A stretch of 64,000 nt of DNA from Lytechinus pictus (taxonomy: Eukaryota). The stretch covers positions 33,046,001-33,110,000 of the forward strand of contig NC_087254.1 of NCBI RefSeq assembly GCF_037042905.1, in the 5' to 3' direction. Below the pieces are notes generated by a model. The model worked only from the letters and a program-made list of their open reading frames with translations, searched no databases and was not told where the DNA came from. The translations under genes and the position numbers were made by a program. Below, piece after piece: positions 1-12,439 of this stretch; position 1 is the first letter of the stretch, and each line of letters starts with the position of its first letter.

Positions 1-1560
1 TAAATAGGGTTTTACATCTCACCTGATATAGAAAAAGCACGCAACTAAGAAAATAAAGTAACAAAATTGCAAAGATTATTAGATAATTTGAGAAAAAGAA
101 AGCTTGCTATTTTGGGAAGAGTAATCACTGTCAAAGCTCTAGGTTTAAGTCAGGTAGTTCACATTTTCATGGTTGATAAAATTATTTATGAGAAAATGTT
201 AAAAAGACTAAATTCTTTAGATACATACTTTTATTTGGCAAACAAAGATGGAAAAGGTGAAAAGAACTATAATGACCAAGAAACTGGACAATGGAGGGGC
301 CGACATGATATACTGTATATATCCAAAATTGAGCTTTCGACTAAGATGGCTGGGGCGCACTCTTGCGTCAAGTAAAGGAATTTGATGTAAATTTAGTTTA
401 TATTGGTTTAATATTTTAGGTGGTTTGAAACCACTCCATAATTCAGACTGATGCTTCGAATGTAAAACATATATTCAAGCACCAACTTCCAGACTTTTAC
501 ATTGGTATATTACAGGCCTGGTTAAAGATAAGGAATAATGCTTGTTTAAAATAACACCATAAAGTACATGGAGTACCATGCGAAATTTTGTTGCACAATA
601 AAAATGTAACCTTTCGCAACATCACCCTATTTTTTAAAGGATGGTATAGATCTGGGATAGTATTTTTGAAAGATATTCTCAGGAATGAAAATTTCTTCCC
701 TTCTTAAATCGCAGAGGAGTAAGCAAAGATTGATATTTGACTAGACTCTACTACGCCAGGCTATCCCTAAAATTTGGATAAATAATAATGCAACAGCCTG
801 AATCGCAATAATAAATCTTCATTAGAAATTCCCAAAATAAATGTAGGAGCCAAAAATCAAATTAAATATATTCATGATATTTCAAGTAAACAATTCTATA
901 GACTCTTATCTTATGATGCATTGGGAACAGATAATTGGGTCACCACTTGACTGGACAAAACAACTTGCATTACTGTAAAGAAAATTCTTCCCTTCTTAAA
1001 TCGCAGAGGAGTAAGCAAAGATTGATATTTGACTAGACTCTACTACGCCAGGCTATCCCTAAAATTTGGATAAATAATAATGCAACAGCCTGAATCGCAA
1101 TAATAAATCTTCATTAGAAATTCCCAAAATAAATGTAGGAGCCAAAAATCAAATTAAATATATTCATGATATTTCAAGTAAACAATTCTATAGACTCTTA
1201 TCTTATGATGCATTGGGAACAGATAATTGGGTCACCACTTGACTGGACAAAACAACTTGCATTACTGTAAAGAAAATAGACTGAAAGAATTCAATTTTAA
1301 GATCATATATAATTTATTGTCAGTAAGAAAGAATTTGTTTGAATTGAATGCTATAGCAGATGGAAGATGCCTGCATTGTTGCGTGGACGAAGATAATGTA
1401 CATGCGTTCGTTGAGTGTAATCTAAATAAGAGATTTTTCCCTATATTTGACATTAACAATAGCTAAGTTTGAATACAATGTTGACCTCAACTGAAATGCT
1501 TTACTTAAAGTTCACAAAAGTATAGATATATACTTATAAGAAATAAAACAGGAAAAGATT
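1..1560 (+). mobile_element. Degenerate 3' part of an L1/Tx1-type non-LTR retrotransposon ORF2 (post-RT region and zf-RVT-like zinc finger)
   Basis: ORF 67-375 (RKLAILGRVITVKALGLSQVVH) resembles the Tx1/L1 post-RT motif. ORF 1227-1466 (LKEFNFKIIYNLL...RCLHCCVDEDNVHAFVEC) resembles zf-RVT. Many stops and frameshifts. Confidence 0.8.
693..1276 (+). repeat. Apparently exact 292-bp tandem duplication inside the LINE relic
   Basis: 693-984 matches 985-1276 by eye; GAAAAT microhomology at the junctions. Confidence 0.92.
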
Positions 1561-1844
1561 ATCGATAATTTAATTTGAAATATTTATTTGAAAAAGAAAT
1601 ACGAAATATGTAATCTGATTTTGAACGTTGAAATGCCCTTACATGGTTTAAAAAACATCTCGCATCGTATTTGCTGTGCGTTTACTCGTCGAATGCTGTG
1701 AACAAAATACGTTTCTCTTAAAGTGTGAATGCAAAAAAAAATGAATACGTTTTTTATGCTATTCAGAAACATGAAGGTTCATTGTACACAAAGCTGGAAA
1801 GACGGGGCTAATAATTAAGACAATTAAGGCCAAGAACTGACTTC

Positions 1845-2150
1845 CACGAGGCAAAAGGCAAAGGCCATGACTGTCCAAGGCAAATGACCAAAATTCAAGG
1901 CCAATGACTTGTGACCTGGGGGTGGGGGGGTCAATGTCAAGATCAAGGATTGACTAGCCAAGGAAAGGTCGATCCCCAAGGTAAGGACTTGTGACCCGGC
2001 GGGGAAACGTGTGACCTCTGGGCGCAAGGCCAATTATAGCCAAGGACTGAAAGTGCCCAAGGCAAAGGACCCCAAGGTCAATCAAGGACTTGTGACCTCC
2101 TGGCGGTCAAGGCCAAGACCAATCAAGGACTAAGTCAGAGGACAAGACCA
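1845..2150. repeat. Degenerate CAAGGC/CAAGGAC short-unit repeat array
   Basis: Recurrent caaggcc, caaggac and gacttgtgacc units. Confidence 0.65.
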
Positions 2151-4337
2151 TTACTATTTTATATGTAGAATGGGTGAAGGAAAAGCTATGGCTTACATCT
2201 GTCATGAATTATTATTTTCAGTAGCGAGTATTGTGTTATGACTCTCTGAAACTCTTATGTAATAAGTGGAGCCAATTCTGAAAAGAAAAAAAACAATTTA
2301 GATCCTGTGAACTATGATAAATGTGAAGTACACTTACACAGAAAGAATATAATTTGTTTCATTGGTATAAGTCAAGACATTTATCAAAGTTGTTATAAAT
2401 ATCTACATTATGGTCGAACTCTTGATTTGTTGGCGATGCTATGGTGTCTAGTTCATGTGGCTCTGTCGGTCTGTAGTTCTCTTCCTCCTCGATAGCTCAA
2501 GAGGGGTGAGTTAATGTTATGATCAAAGACACTTTATACAAAAAATGTATTGAATTTTGATAATTGATCTGTATATTTTCTTGTTTATTGAATTTATGAA
2601 GTTCGGAACTTGTACATCATTTTTCTTACGTTGTTGGATAATGCGCAGAATTATAATGAACGATAATTATGAATATTATATGATTGGCCAAAACTTGCGA
2701 CGTCAAGAAAATGTTATTGATTATTATGATGAAAATATATGAAAATGTTTGAACGATATGACTGATTCAATGTATCCTATCAGTTTATTTGATAAATAAT
2801 CCTATTTGTTTTGGAAAGTACATTTTTATGAAAAACAATCAATGTGAGTAATTCCATCAGAAGTGGTCGTTATTTTTATATTATTTTATGAAGTAGGCAT
2901 CACTAGTACTCTATATAAAATAGTGTATGTTATGTGGACAAGATGTAAAAAGAATGAATATATATAAAAGAGTTACGTAAAATAATTTGATTCGTTATTG
3001 TTTTGTTTATATTATGAAATAAAGGTTCCTTTTTATTGTCTGGAATAAAAAGAAAAGAAACAAATTACTTGGTTGACCATCTGAAAAATCTACATGAGGT
3101 TTTGAATTGTTTAAGAATATACCATATCTCATTATTATTGGTGCTGATGCTGTCAAACATTGATGTACATGTACTCATCTGTTTGCTGCAGGCTACAAGA
3201 TGTAAATAATATTCGGTTTATCGATAGATGCGATCTCTAGAACTTATGCATTGCCATTACCAAATCGACTGCACGGCAATCGCATAGAGGTGTGTGTGTG
3301 GGAGGGGGGGGGCGCTTGGGGGTCATGGCCCGAAAAAAAAATTTACCTTAAAAAAATGGTGAAAAGGAAAAACAAAAGGAAAGGAAAAGAGGGTGAAATA
3401 TATATTTTTCTGGATACTATACGCCAAGTATGGCCCCTCAAATAAAAAATGTAGCCAAAATATTGCTGAATCAAGAAAGTAACTGCTGAAGAGAATGGAG
3501 AAGGATGGGTAAAATAGAGATATAGAATAAATCGATATCAAGGAGTGAGAAATGATACCACAAACTGTTAACAAAGTCAGAAAAGAAAGTTGTTTTTAGG
3601 CTGAAGCGGTTTATGCAAAGATTTTCGCCCCGGGCTAATATTGACAGCGAAACAACTTGTACAAAGGTACATCGAATCTATTGGATCAATCATTGAAAAG
3701 AATCGATATCTCCACAAATCAATAGCATCATTGAAATAAAACATACAGTTACATCCCATTTTCATATTGAATGACAAACGATTCGACGTCCCTTGTAATT
3801 TCAAAACTAGAAGAGAGCCGAGTGGGCGCATGCCTTGAGTTTTCAAGGTGCTGCTTTTTCATGTTTTCTTTTTCCATATTTTAGCCATTTCTTCGCCTCC
3901 GACACATTACGATAATCGTTATTACCCCCAATTATAGTATCGCACGTCGAACAGCAAAATACAAATGATATTCACATGGTTGCGATTTCAATGGTTTATA
4001 GACAGTAGCTGCATGGTTTTATCACTTTCCGAAGTGGTTTTCTACATAAAAGATGGGCATATATAAGACGACAGTTGCTAAGGAACGTCACCTTTTTTTC
4101 TTTCTTTTTAAATCTTTCTTCTGAATACAATGATGGTGCGCCAGCAAGGGGACTGACTGACCTCTCGGGGACTGACCCTATGAATTTAAATAGCGAAGAA
4201 AAACTGGGTCAGATTATCATATACGTACGATAATATTACGGTATCCATGTCTATAGGCCGAAAAGGAAGAAGCTATATTGTGCAGTTACAAATCAAATCA
4301 ACCCATTCAAATCAATACCACATACAGAATCTTCGAT

Positions 4338-4472
4338 CTGGGTTCCGTTACACAAAGGTTAGCGATTAATCGTAAGCTTGATTTTCACAATGTTATGGTA
4401 CATTGTAGTCAATGCAATCAATCGCAAAAAATGTTCTACGATTGATTGCTAAGCTTTGTGTTACGGCCCCTG
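4338..4472. mobile_element. Short palindromic MITE
   Basis: ccgttacacaaaggttagcgattaatcg at the left end is an imperfect inverted repeat of cgattgattgctaagctttgtgttacgg at the right end. Confidence 0.7.
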
Positions 4473-4551
4473 ATGATATCCCTGCTTGACACAGAGCGGT
4501 CAAGATTATTTGATATAGGTAGTACGCAACCGAGTAATACGTTTTACCTTA

Positions 4552-4800
4552 CACTGTAAAAATATTAGGTAAAATTTTACCACCACGAGGGTAATTATGT
4601 GTCCAACCGATTTGGGGCAGTATTTTACCAAATGCGGGAAGAATATTGTCCAGTAAGGTAAAAAAAAATAAGCAGCAATTAATTTAGAATGGGCAAAATC
4701 ATCACACTGGATAAATAAAAATGCCCAAAAGAAATGCCCAATGTTGGTTGGACACATAATTACCCTCATGGAGCACTTTTATCCAATATATTTTAGAGTG
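4552..4800. mobile_element. MITE with CACT...AGTG termini and TA flanks
   Basis: ta|cactgtaaaaatatt ... aatatattttagagtg|ta; internal inverted repeat gagggtaattatgtgtccaacc / ggttggacacataattaccctc. Confidence 0.8.
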
Positions 4801-5167
4801 TACAGTTCAACATTTTTTATACTTTTATACTTTCTTTTTATCTTTTACTTCTCCTTTTTTCTATATTTCTTCTTTTTCACTATTTGAAATACGTCATACA
4901 TTTCTAGGAATACAACCCTCTGGAATTATGTTTTTGGTCTGTTTGCTTTTTCATCAAGTCTTTATGGAAAAAACTTTAGTATATAGCTCGTTTAATATCT
5001 CATTTATAAAAATCACAGGCCTATTATTTTCAGTCAGGAGTGTCGATTCAAATTCTGACGAATGACGTGTCTACATTAATAATCCCAATCCCCTCATACT
5101 CGCTAAAGGGAGACAGAAAGGGAGAGGGGCAGATAGAAAATGTATCCCTTCCTCATCCTCTCCTCTT

Positions 5168-5425
5168 CTCTAAATGCAAAGGAGCTAATCTCAGAGTGAG
5201 ATGAGGGACCAGTCCTGATGGAGATTTCGGTCGTTCAAGAGTGAATTTGCACCTCTTTTGGAGTGAAAGTGTAAAACTGATGCAAGTTTTCACTCCAAAA
5301 AGGTGAAAACCCACTCTTGAATGACCGAAATCTCACTCCATCAGGACTTGTCCCTCATCTCACTTTGAGAGGAGTGTGATTATAGAGACCATATTATAGG
5401 GTTAGCTCCTTTGCATTTTTTAGAG
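5168..5425. mobile_element. Long palindromic MITE
   Basis: Arms of roughly 100 bp: aaatgcaaaggagctaa...gagtgagatgagggaccagtcctgatggag versus ctccatcaggacttgtccctcatctcact...ttagctcctttgcattt. Confidence 0.8.
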
Positions 5426-5487
5426 TAACCCTTTCTGTCTCCACCTTTTTCGACAAACGTCTTGCACCATAATTCCATCTCCTCTTC

Positions 5488-5888
5488 GGTTTATTTCCGA
5501 TTCGTCTAATGTCAATTCATCCAATTGCCAACTAGTCTACGTTCATTTGGTTTAACATCAGTTCGTCTACTATCCACATGGTCTAATTGCCAATTCGTCC
5601 ACTCACCATATCATCTAATATCCAGTTGGTCCAATAGCCATTTAGTCCATATACCACTTGTTCTAATTGGACTAAGTGTTAATTGTGCAAAATGAATGAA
5701 AAAAATGGATATTAGACCAACTGGTTATGATACGAAATTGTTGTAGACGAAATGGTGATTAGACGAAGTGATGATTGGATCTAATGATTTTTAGACGAAA
5801 TGTTGATGGACGGAATGGCAGTAGACTAAATAAAAGTAGACTATATGATGATTGGACGAGTTGGCAGTAGACCAACTGGCAATTTACC
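5488..5888. mobile_element. Foldback-like element built from about 20-bp subrepeats in opposite orientations
   Basis: Left half has ttcgtctaat/gtccaat units, right half has agacgaa/agaccaa units. Termini ggtttatttcc / ggcaatttacc; TCTTC on both flanks (possible 5-bp TSD). Confidence 0.7.
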
Positions 5889-8800
5889 TCTTCTTCCACC
5901 TTCATTATCCCCTCTTCTCACTGACTCTTTCAACATTGCCAATTTTCTCTGTATACCCCCTCCCCCATTTCCCCCACCACTATTTTCAACTCCTCTCCCC
6001 CTCTCCCTCTTTCTATACCTCTCTCTCTCTCCCGACGCTCTGCGTCTCTTTTAACTTCTTTGTTCAAACATTGACAAACAATAAAAAAAAATCGAGTGAA
6101 TTATAATTTAAGGTGTTATTTTATATAAATTCATATATAGACTTCAACAAATTCACAATAAAGTGTATGTACATGTATAACATGTCCGTTAACCATCAAG
6201 ATCATAACCAAATTACCAGCATATCAAAAGGAAACTCCATCTTCACATGAAGTTAATATCAATATCAGAGAAAATTTGGAGAAAATCAGTGAGAAATGAT
6301 AAACTACATGTAAATCTTACATGTATCCTTTTTTTACGTTTTATTCCAACCCAAAAATTGCCACTGGAAGACTAAAGAATATTTTGTTTTGTTTACTTAT
6401 GAAATACATAGAGGTAAACAACGTATACGTGTATAGACAAATGACGTTATAAAATGCAAGCTTTTAAAACAATATCATTCGTTCGGTTTTCATAATTATA
6501 GCCCTTTTTAAACAAAGAAACATTTAGTTTGAGTGTAGACTTCCCCTTTTAAACGTACGGGTATACATTTTGGTCATGGAGCTATAACGGAACTTGAGCT
6601 CCATGGTCATGACGGTTGTATAGTGATGTTGTCTACATTCAACACTCAGCATGAAGGAGTGCATTTTGTGGTGGGGGTTCACTAACTTTTCAGCACAACT
6701 GTAGGCCTACGTATGCATTATGAGTATGATGATGGTTCAAAGATCGAAAGAAAAGGTTTGAGATTCGGACATCATTCTTCATATTTGCACAAGAATAATA
6801 ATAGTGCTTAAATGTATGTTTTACGCTTCGTGGTAATTGTTTTAATGCAATTGCCCTTTGGTCGGGTCGAATTGATATGGCCTAAACATCAACTCAAACA
6901 CGGAATTCAAACTAATTAATTGATTCATTGATAGAGAGTACATGCTTTATATTTATGCATTACACAGGGATTTAATGTTTACTATACACGGTAACATTGA
7001 TGACCTATGGACGCACTACATATCTTCCTCTTTTGAACATCATTTTATGACGGAAAGCAGGGGCCGCGGAACGGTTTCCAAAGTGGGGGGGGGGGGCATC
7101 ATATGGTCATTTTTACTTTTTTGTATGGGGGAGACATGGTAAAAATAATCTGTTGAGATTTAGCCTTTACTATTAACGTTCTGTTCAAAGCAGAAAATAC
7201 CCATTTTGAATTCTTTTAGATTGACCCAAATTAATGATATAATTTTCTATTATGTACGTTTGGACGATACATGCAAACGATATACATAAACTATAGAACG
7301 TTTATCATATTCCAATGAGCCACATGATAATGGTATAAAATAAATCCTGAGCAAATGCATTCATTTGATACATAAAAACCGTAGAACCAGGTTTGCGTGA
7401 CGACACCACATAAAGTTACCGTCGGCAATTTCATACACAGCTTCATTAAAAAAATGATCACTATATCTGGATTTAAGTGTAGAAGTACAGGTTTCATTCA
7501 TATGTTTTTGAAGTGTCTAAGTTGACAGCTATTTTAATCATGTTAATATGAGTATTTTTCATTAAGTTCTAGATGATGATTGTATCTACCTCAGATCAAT
7601 AACAGATTTCAACAGATTACAATCTGTGTTAAAAACATGCCTTTTTAAAAAGCACATGTATTAGCCCTATACAAAATTCAAACAATTATTCCACACGCAA
7701 AAATACTATTTATGACGATTATTATCATTTATCATGATGCGAATGTAGAAGTATCAAGCTAAATATAACAAGGGCAAAGTATGGAATTATGACACCACTC
7801 CTTGATGGGTTTTATTACATTTTACGAGTCTGTATCACATGCAATGCCTTCACTTAAAAGAAAGCCAGCAAGATTTACAGTAAAAACATTATAGTCACTG
7901 TTAATGTTGACTATCAATATTTAAGAATGCGCAAGTTTACTTATATTTGATTGTCTGACAATATCATAATAATTAATTTTGAAGGAACAATTAAGTAATC
8001 ATGCAGCTGATAATCAAGAGGATTCTCTAGGATTAGCAAGTGCAATGATAAAGGTTAAACTATCCAATTACAAATTTCGTCCATTATCTATGTAACGCTA
8101 TTTGACTTGCATAACATAGCGCGCGAAAGCCGGATATCTCCTTGATTAAAGAAATACAGTATATAGGTGTAGCTCTTTACAAGAAATATATTTTAAATAA
8201 ATAAAATGATGATTTTTCTTATGCCCTTACTCAGAATTGAAGTCAGTGGTTCGGGGTGTCTTTTGCATCCCGCAAACCATATTTTCCCCCTTTTCGAAAA
8301 ATTGTAATACTGATTTTGTTATGGGGTGAATAAATAAAATAATTTCAGGATAACACTCTTTACTATTTCTTATACTTTATATTCGATAAGCAATTACAAA
8401 TTTCTGTTACAATGTATAGTCTGTATACTTACATGTACTATATTCATACTCAAAAATTTTACACGTAAAAACCTGAGAATAGTAAGGACGGATTGAAAAA
8501 AAAAATACTTTCAAAGGCAAGATCATCTTTACAAACACATTTAACTAATTGCATAGGCAAAACATCACTTCCTGAATATAATACATGTAAATTCATATCG
8601 TTAGAATATACTTTAGAAAGCGAAATTATTAATCCAATAGTTTAGGGTAGAGTGATAGACCATCACCAACAAAGCAGAAAATAAACAAAAATATAGGATA
8701 ATTTCGGAACAAATATTGTAGATTCCATAATTTGCTTTATGTATATTTGCAGTTCGGATGTCATGTCACAAACCTACATCAATAAATAAACATTGATTTA

Positions 8801-9002
8801 ATATCAGATTATCACTTTTAAATTGTAACACAAGCGCACGGTCGACTTATTTCAATATGAAATGATGTAATATGGGTACAACATAATGGTAACAAAACTA
8901 ACAATGGTAATAACTGCGATGATGTGTCAAGAATAACAAATCGTAATGATCATGATGGTGGTGGTGATTAACTTAATTGATTATTTTCTAATATGATGTT
9001 CA

Positions 9003-10292
9003 TCATTTCATTAGACCTTGTCTTAGAGTGTTGCCAGGCCAGGTACTTGTTGTCTGATGGCGAGGTGATGTGAATTTGGGATTGCTGGAGACCACACCTT
9101 CAAAAGTTGGTTCCCAAATTTGAAGAGGAATTGCAGCAACGTGTTTCTTTTGTTTAGTCCATTTGTCTTTCGATCTCCTCGGCGAATCTGGTGACGACTG
9201 CGAATTATTACCGCTTTTCTTTGTAACCTGATCTTCCTTGCCCTGTCGCCCCCCTCCTCGGATTCCTTCACTATAAGGAGATTGATTAACATGATTCGGA
9301 GCTTCGTAGGAGTCCTTACTCTCGTTTTCTCGTTGTGATGGCACCACGAGGACATTGAAAGATGGAGATTTCTTCTGGGTGGGGGAGAGAATACCTTTAG
9401 TTGGCGACGGCGACGGTGTGTGCGCAGTTCCGACGTCGGGTTCGTAAACACGTTCCCGTAAAAGATTGGTTGTCTTTGAATGTGGTTCGTTGGGAGGGTG
9501 TTTTAACGAGGTGGGTGGTAAAGGAGGGAACCGTGTTTCTGAACCGTTCGACACCTTACTGGTGGTCAGGGGTTTTGGAACAGATTTACCCCCTCTCCGG
9601 GATGTGCTTGAAGGCAGTGATAGAGCTCTCTCAAGTCTACTCTTAGGAAGAGAATCGCAGAGGGAGCTTAAAGTCATTCCTGATAAATCAATCGCTGACG
9701 ATCCACTTTTGCTTCGTTCACGATTCTTTCCATTCGATTTCGATCTCCATTTCTCGATGTAAAGATCCGTCTTTGATCGATGCAACCAAGTCGGCGTCGA
9801 ACCCTCACTCATCGTCTCTCTCGGGTCGGTGAGAGGTAATCGTCGAAGAGCACTCTTGCTCCTCGTCAACCCATGGAACGTCCGTTGTCGGATCACCATG
9901 TATTTGTCGAGTCTCTCATTGATGGATCGCTTAAAGATGTCAGAATCCGAGCTCGACACCGCATTTGAAGCGTTCGGTTTTATCTGCACTCTTGCAACGT
10001 CGACGGCGCAGTGACGCGGTGACCAATCCGAGATCGAGAAGCCGTATGGGTCCCCGGCGTCGTAGACGGTGGATGCTGGCATCACTGTCGGCATGGGGGT
10101 GATGATCTGCTGATCGGGACTCGCCCCCAGAGTCCCTTGATTACCGCTACCAGCCGGTGGAGGGGCATGGTGGTACATGGTCCTGTAGGAAGAGATCGGG
10201 GGTGCCGTGTTGATCGTCTCGACATCATTGGTGTCGGCTGGAGTACCACTGAAATTACTCCATCTAGTTTCCGCCATCGGTCCTCGCGTCAT
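9003..10292 (-). CDS. Gene A: uncharacterised 429-aa disordered Ser/Pro/Arg-rich protein, single coding exon
   Basis: Uninterrupted 1.29-kb ORF, GC- and CpG-rich against an AT-rich background, ATG start. IPLQIWEP motif near the C-terminus. Confidence 0.8.
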   Translation of the reverse strand: MTRGPMAETRWSNFSGTPADTNDVETINTAPPISSYRTMYHHAPPPAGSGNQGTLGASPDQQIITPMPTVMPASTVYDAGDPYGFSISDWSPRHCAVDVARVQIKPNASNAVSSSDSDIFKRSINERLDKYMVIRQRTFHGLTRSKSALRRLPLTDPRETMSEGSTPTWLHRSKTDLYIEKWRSKSNGKNRERSKSGSSAIDLSGMTLSSLCDSLPKSRLERALSLPSSTSRRGGKSVPKPLTTSKVSNGSETRFPPLPPTSLKHPPNEPHSKTTNLLRERVYEPDVGTAHTPSPSPTKGILSPTQKKSPSFNVLVVPSQRENESKDSYEAPNHVNQSPYSEGIRGGGRQGKEDQVTKKSGNNSQSSPDSPRRSKDKWTKQKKHVAAIPLQIWEPTFEGVVSSNPKFTSPRHQTTSTWPGNTLRQGLMK

Positions 10293-12086
10293 AATACAAG
10301 CTTGAAGTTAATCTTCCATTCTGTGCTCCGATTAAATTCATTAATTTTTAATATTCATTCACCAAAAGAGATGTCAAATACATTAGGATCCTCTGCAGTA
10401 ATCGTGTTTAACTTGTGACAGAAAGCGAGAAAATCCGACTGAAGATACAAGCCTTCAGTTTGCCAATAAATTAAATTCAAAGTTTTGGCTGAAAAGCATG
10501 AGCGTTATCACACATCTGAAGATACGTGATTCAATTCTTTAAATGAAGATTAAATAGAAATCTTTATCCCTGGCTTTGCCAAAAAACAAATGATTTCGCG
10601 AATCCATGGTGCAACTTTTCATATGATCGTTAAAATCAACTGCTGTATATTCGTGCATGTTTACTCCTGTATGTGTAAATACTTTGGTATTTCCAACTCC
10701 AAGAGTGGGTAAAAGTCTAAAGTCTGTAAACTTTTTAAAAATAGTCTGTCTCTTCTGTTGAGAATCCAGTCAATCGAATACGAAGGATTCATTCGTTATT
10801 TCAAGTATACTTTCCGATGGTCTCGAATTGCCTCAGGATTACAATGAATGTTATTCAGTAAACAAGCGCGAGATATCAGATGCAATGCCGGCTGTTGGTT
10901 GACTTTACTACTATCAAACGGAGAAACGCACATACAACGTGTGTGCCCTTCGCACTGTCGATCAGCACTCACAATGAGATAGCGTATCGTAGCCGTAGCA
11001 ACGCTACGATAGGGGCGAACGGCTGAGAGTTGTTTAGGTCGCTTTTGTTTTCGTTCGTCCCGTGCGGGAATCAGCGTTTCTTTCATGAACTTTGCTCGCT
11101 ATTACCCCCCTCGCCCTCAGTAACAGGGGGTAAATCTCGTGACCCCTTTTTCGTGATGTCACTGCGAGCTCTTCCAGCATTTGCCAAACATCAACTCATG
11201 TTGGGTATGTGAGGCTTACGATGTTGTCTATCTCCGAGGACGTGTTTCCCATCAATACCGAACTTTGTTTGGTATGGTTTAGAGCGAGGCCTGATCACCG
11301 CAGGAACCTGCTGGGTCAGTTTATCCACATTAGTTTATGAAACCGAGGCGAGACCAGTCCGATCGAATAAATGGAGAAGTCCCCCTCGTCTTTGATTGGA
11401 AGACAATCCCATCCATACAATGACAATGGGGATGCTACCCCTCTCTGCATTCTTTTGTTCCGCTAGGCAGACCCTCTTTTTATGGACTCTCCAAAAGAGT
11501 CTTTGAAAGGGATGATTAGCACCGGAGGGGGTTAGTTGAATGCACTCCGGAGGACCATTGAGGTATTGAGTTGTTCCTATTGATCCGTAGCATTTCACAA
11601 AACAGTCCGAGTATCTCTGCTCAAAAAGACCCCAAAACCTGCCAAGGGCACTCGGTTACCTGGGCTGGGATAGGAGGAATGTTTTCATGAACAGGGCCAT
11701 GAAAACAACAAGAAGAACAGAGAGAGAGGGGGAGAGAGAGGGAGCTAGGGGGTGTCTTTGGAAGACAGGGGAGGGACACGGAAAGCTGTTGAGTATAAGA
11801 TCAAATTAATAGTTATGTTGACAATTGATGCAGTGATATACAAAATAAAATCCGTGGCAAATCTATTCTATTAAAGAAAATAGATATTGGAGAAGTGTAT
11901 TTTGGGGGAGGGGTGGTAGAGAAATTAGATTTCATATCCCCTACAGTATCTACTTTCTAATATTCGGAATAAAGAGAAGTGAAAAAAAAAGCAATAGAGG
12001 GGAAGGGATAAGGAATGGCAAGAAATGTAAGCATACAAAGACAAATAGGCTAACAAATAAACATATAGATATGTGGGTTTATGCCA

Positions 12087-12268
12087 NNNNNNNNNNNNNN
12101 NNNNNNNNNNNNNNNNNNNNNNNNNNNNNNNNNNNNNNNNNNNNNNNNNNNNNNNNNNNNNNNNNNNNNNNNNNNNNNNNNNNNNNNNNNNNNNNNNNNN
12201 NNNNNNNNNNNNNNNNNNNNNNNNNNNNNNNNNNNNNNNNNNNNNNNNNNNNNNNNNNNNNNNNNNNN
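12087..12268. other. Assembly gap
   Basis: Run of N. Confidence 1.
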
Positions 12269-12439
12269 GATATATACATTAATTAATAAATAGATAAATA
12301 AATAGCTAGGTTTTGAGAGGCAAAATCAATAAAACATGTATTGATTTACAGCGACATATCATATATAATTAAGAAAGCGATACATCCAAGGATCTAACGT
12401 TACAGCTAAACGAATTTACTCCAGATGAGACAAAATAGA

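Noticed and set aside
2436-2511. Signal-peptide-like MLWCLVHVALSVCSS followed by a gtgagt donor
   Set aside because: An in-frame stop precedes the donor and I found no downstream exon.
11335-11598. 87-aa ORF containing IPIVIVW, like the family motif
   Set aside because: GTG start, short, different motif spacing and no splice support; probably chance.
12071-12293. ORFs spanning N runs at all four gaps
   Set aside because: Artefacts of assembly gaps.
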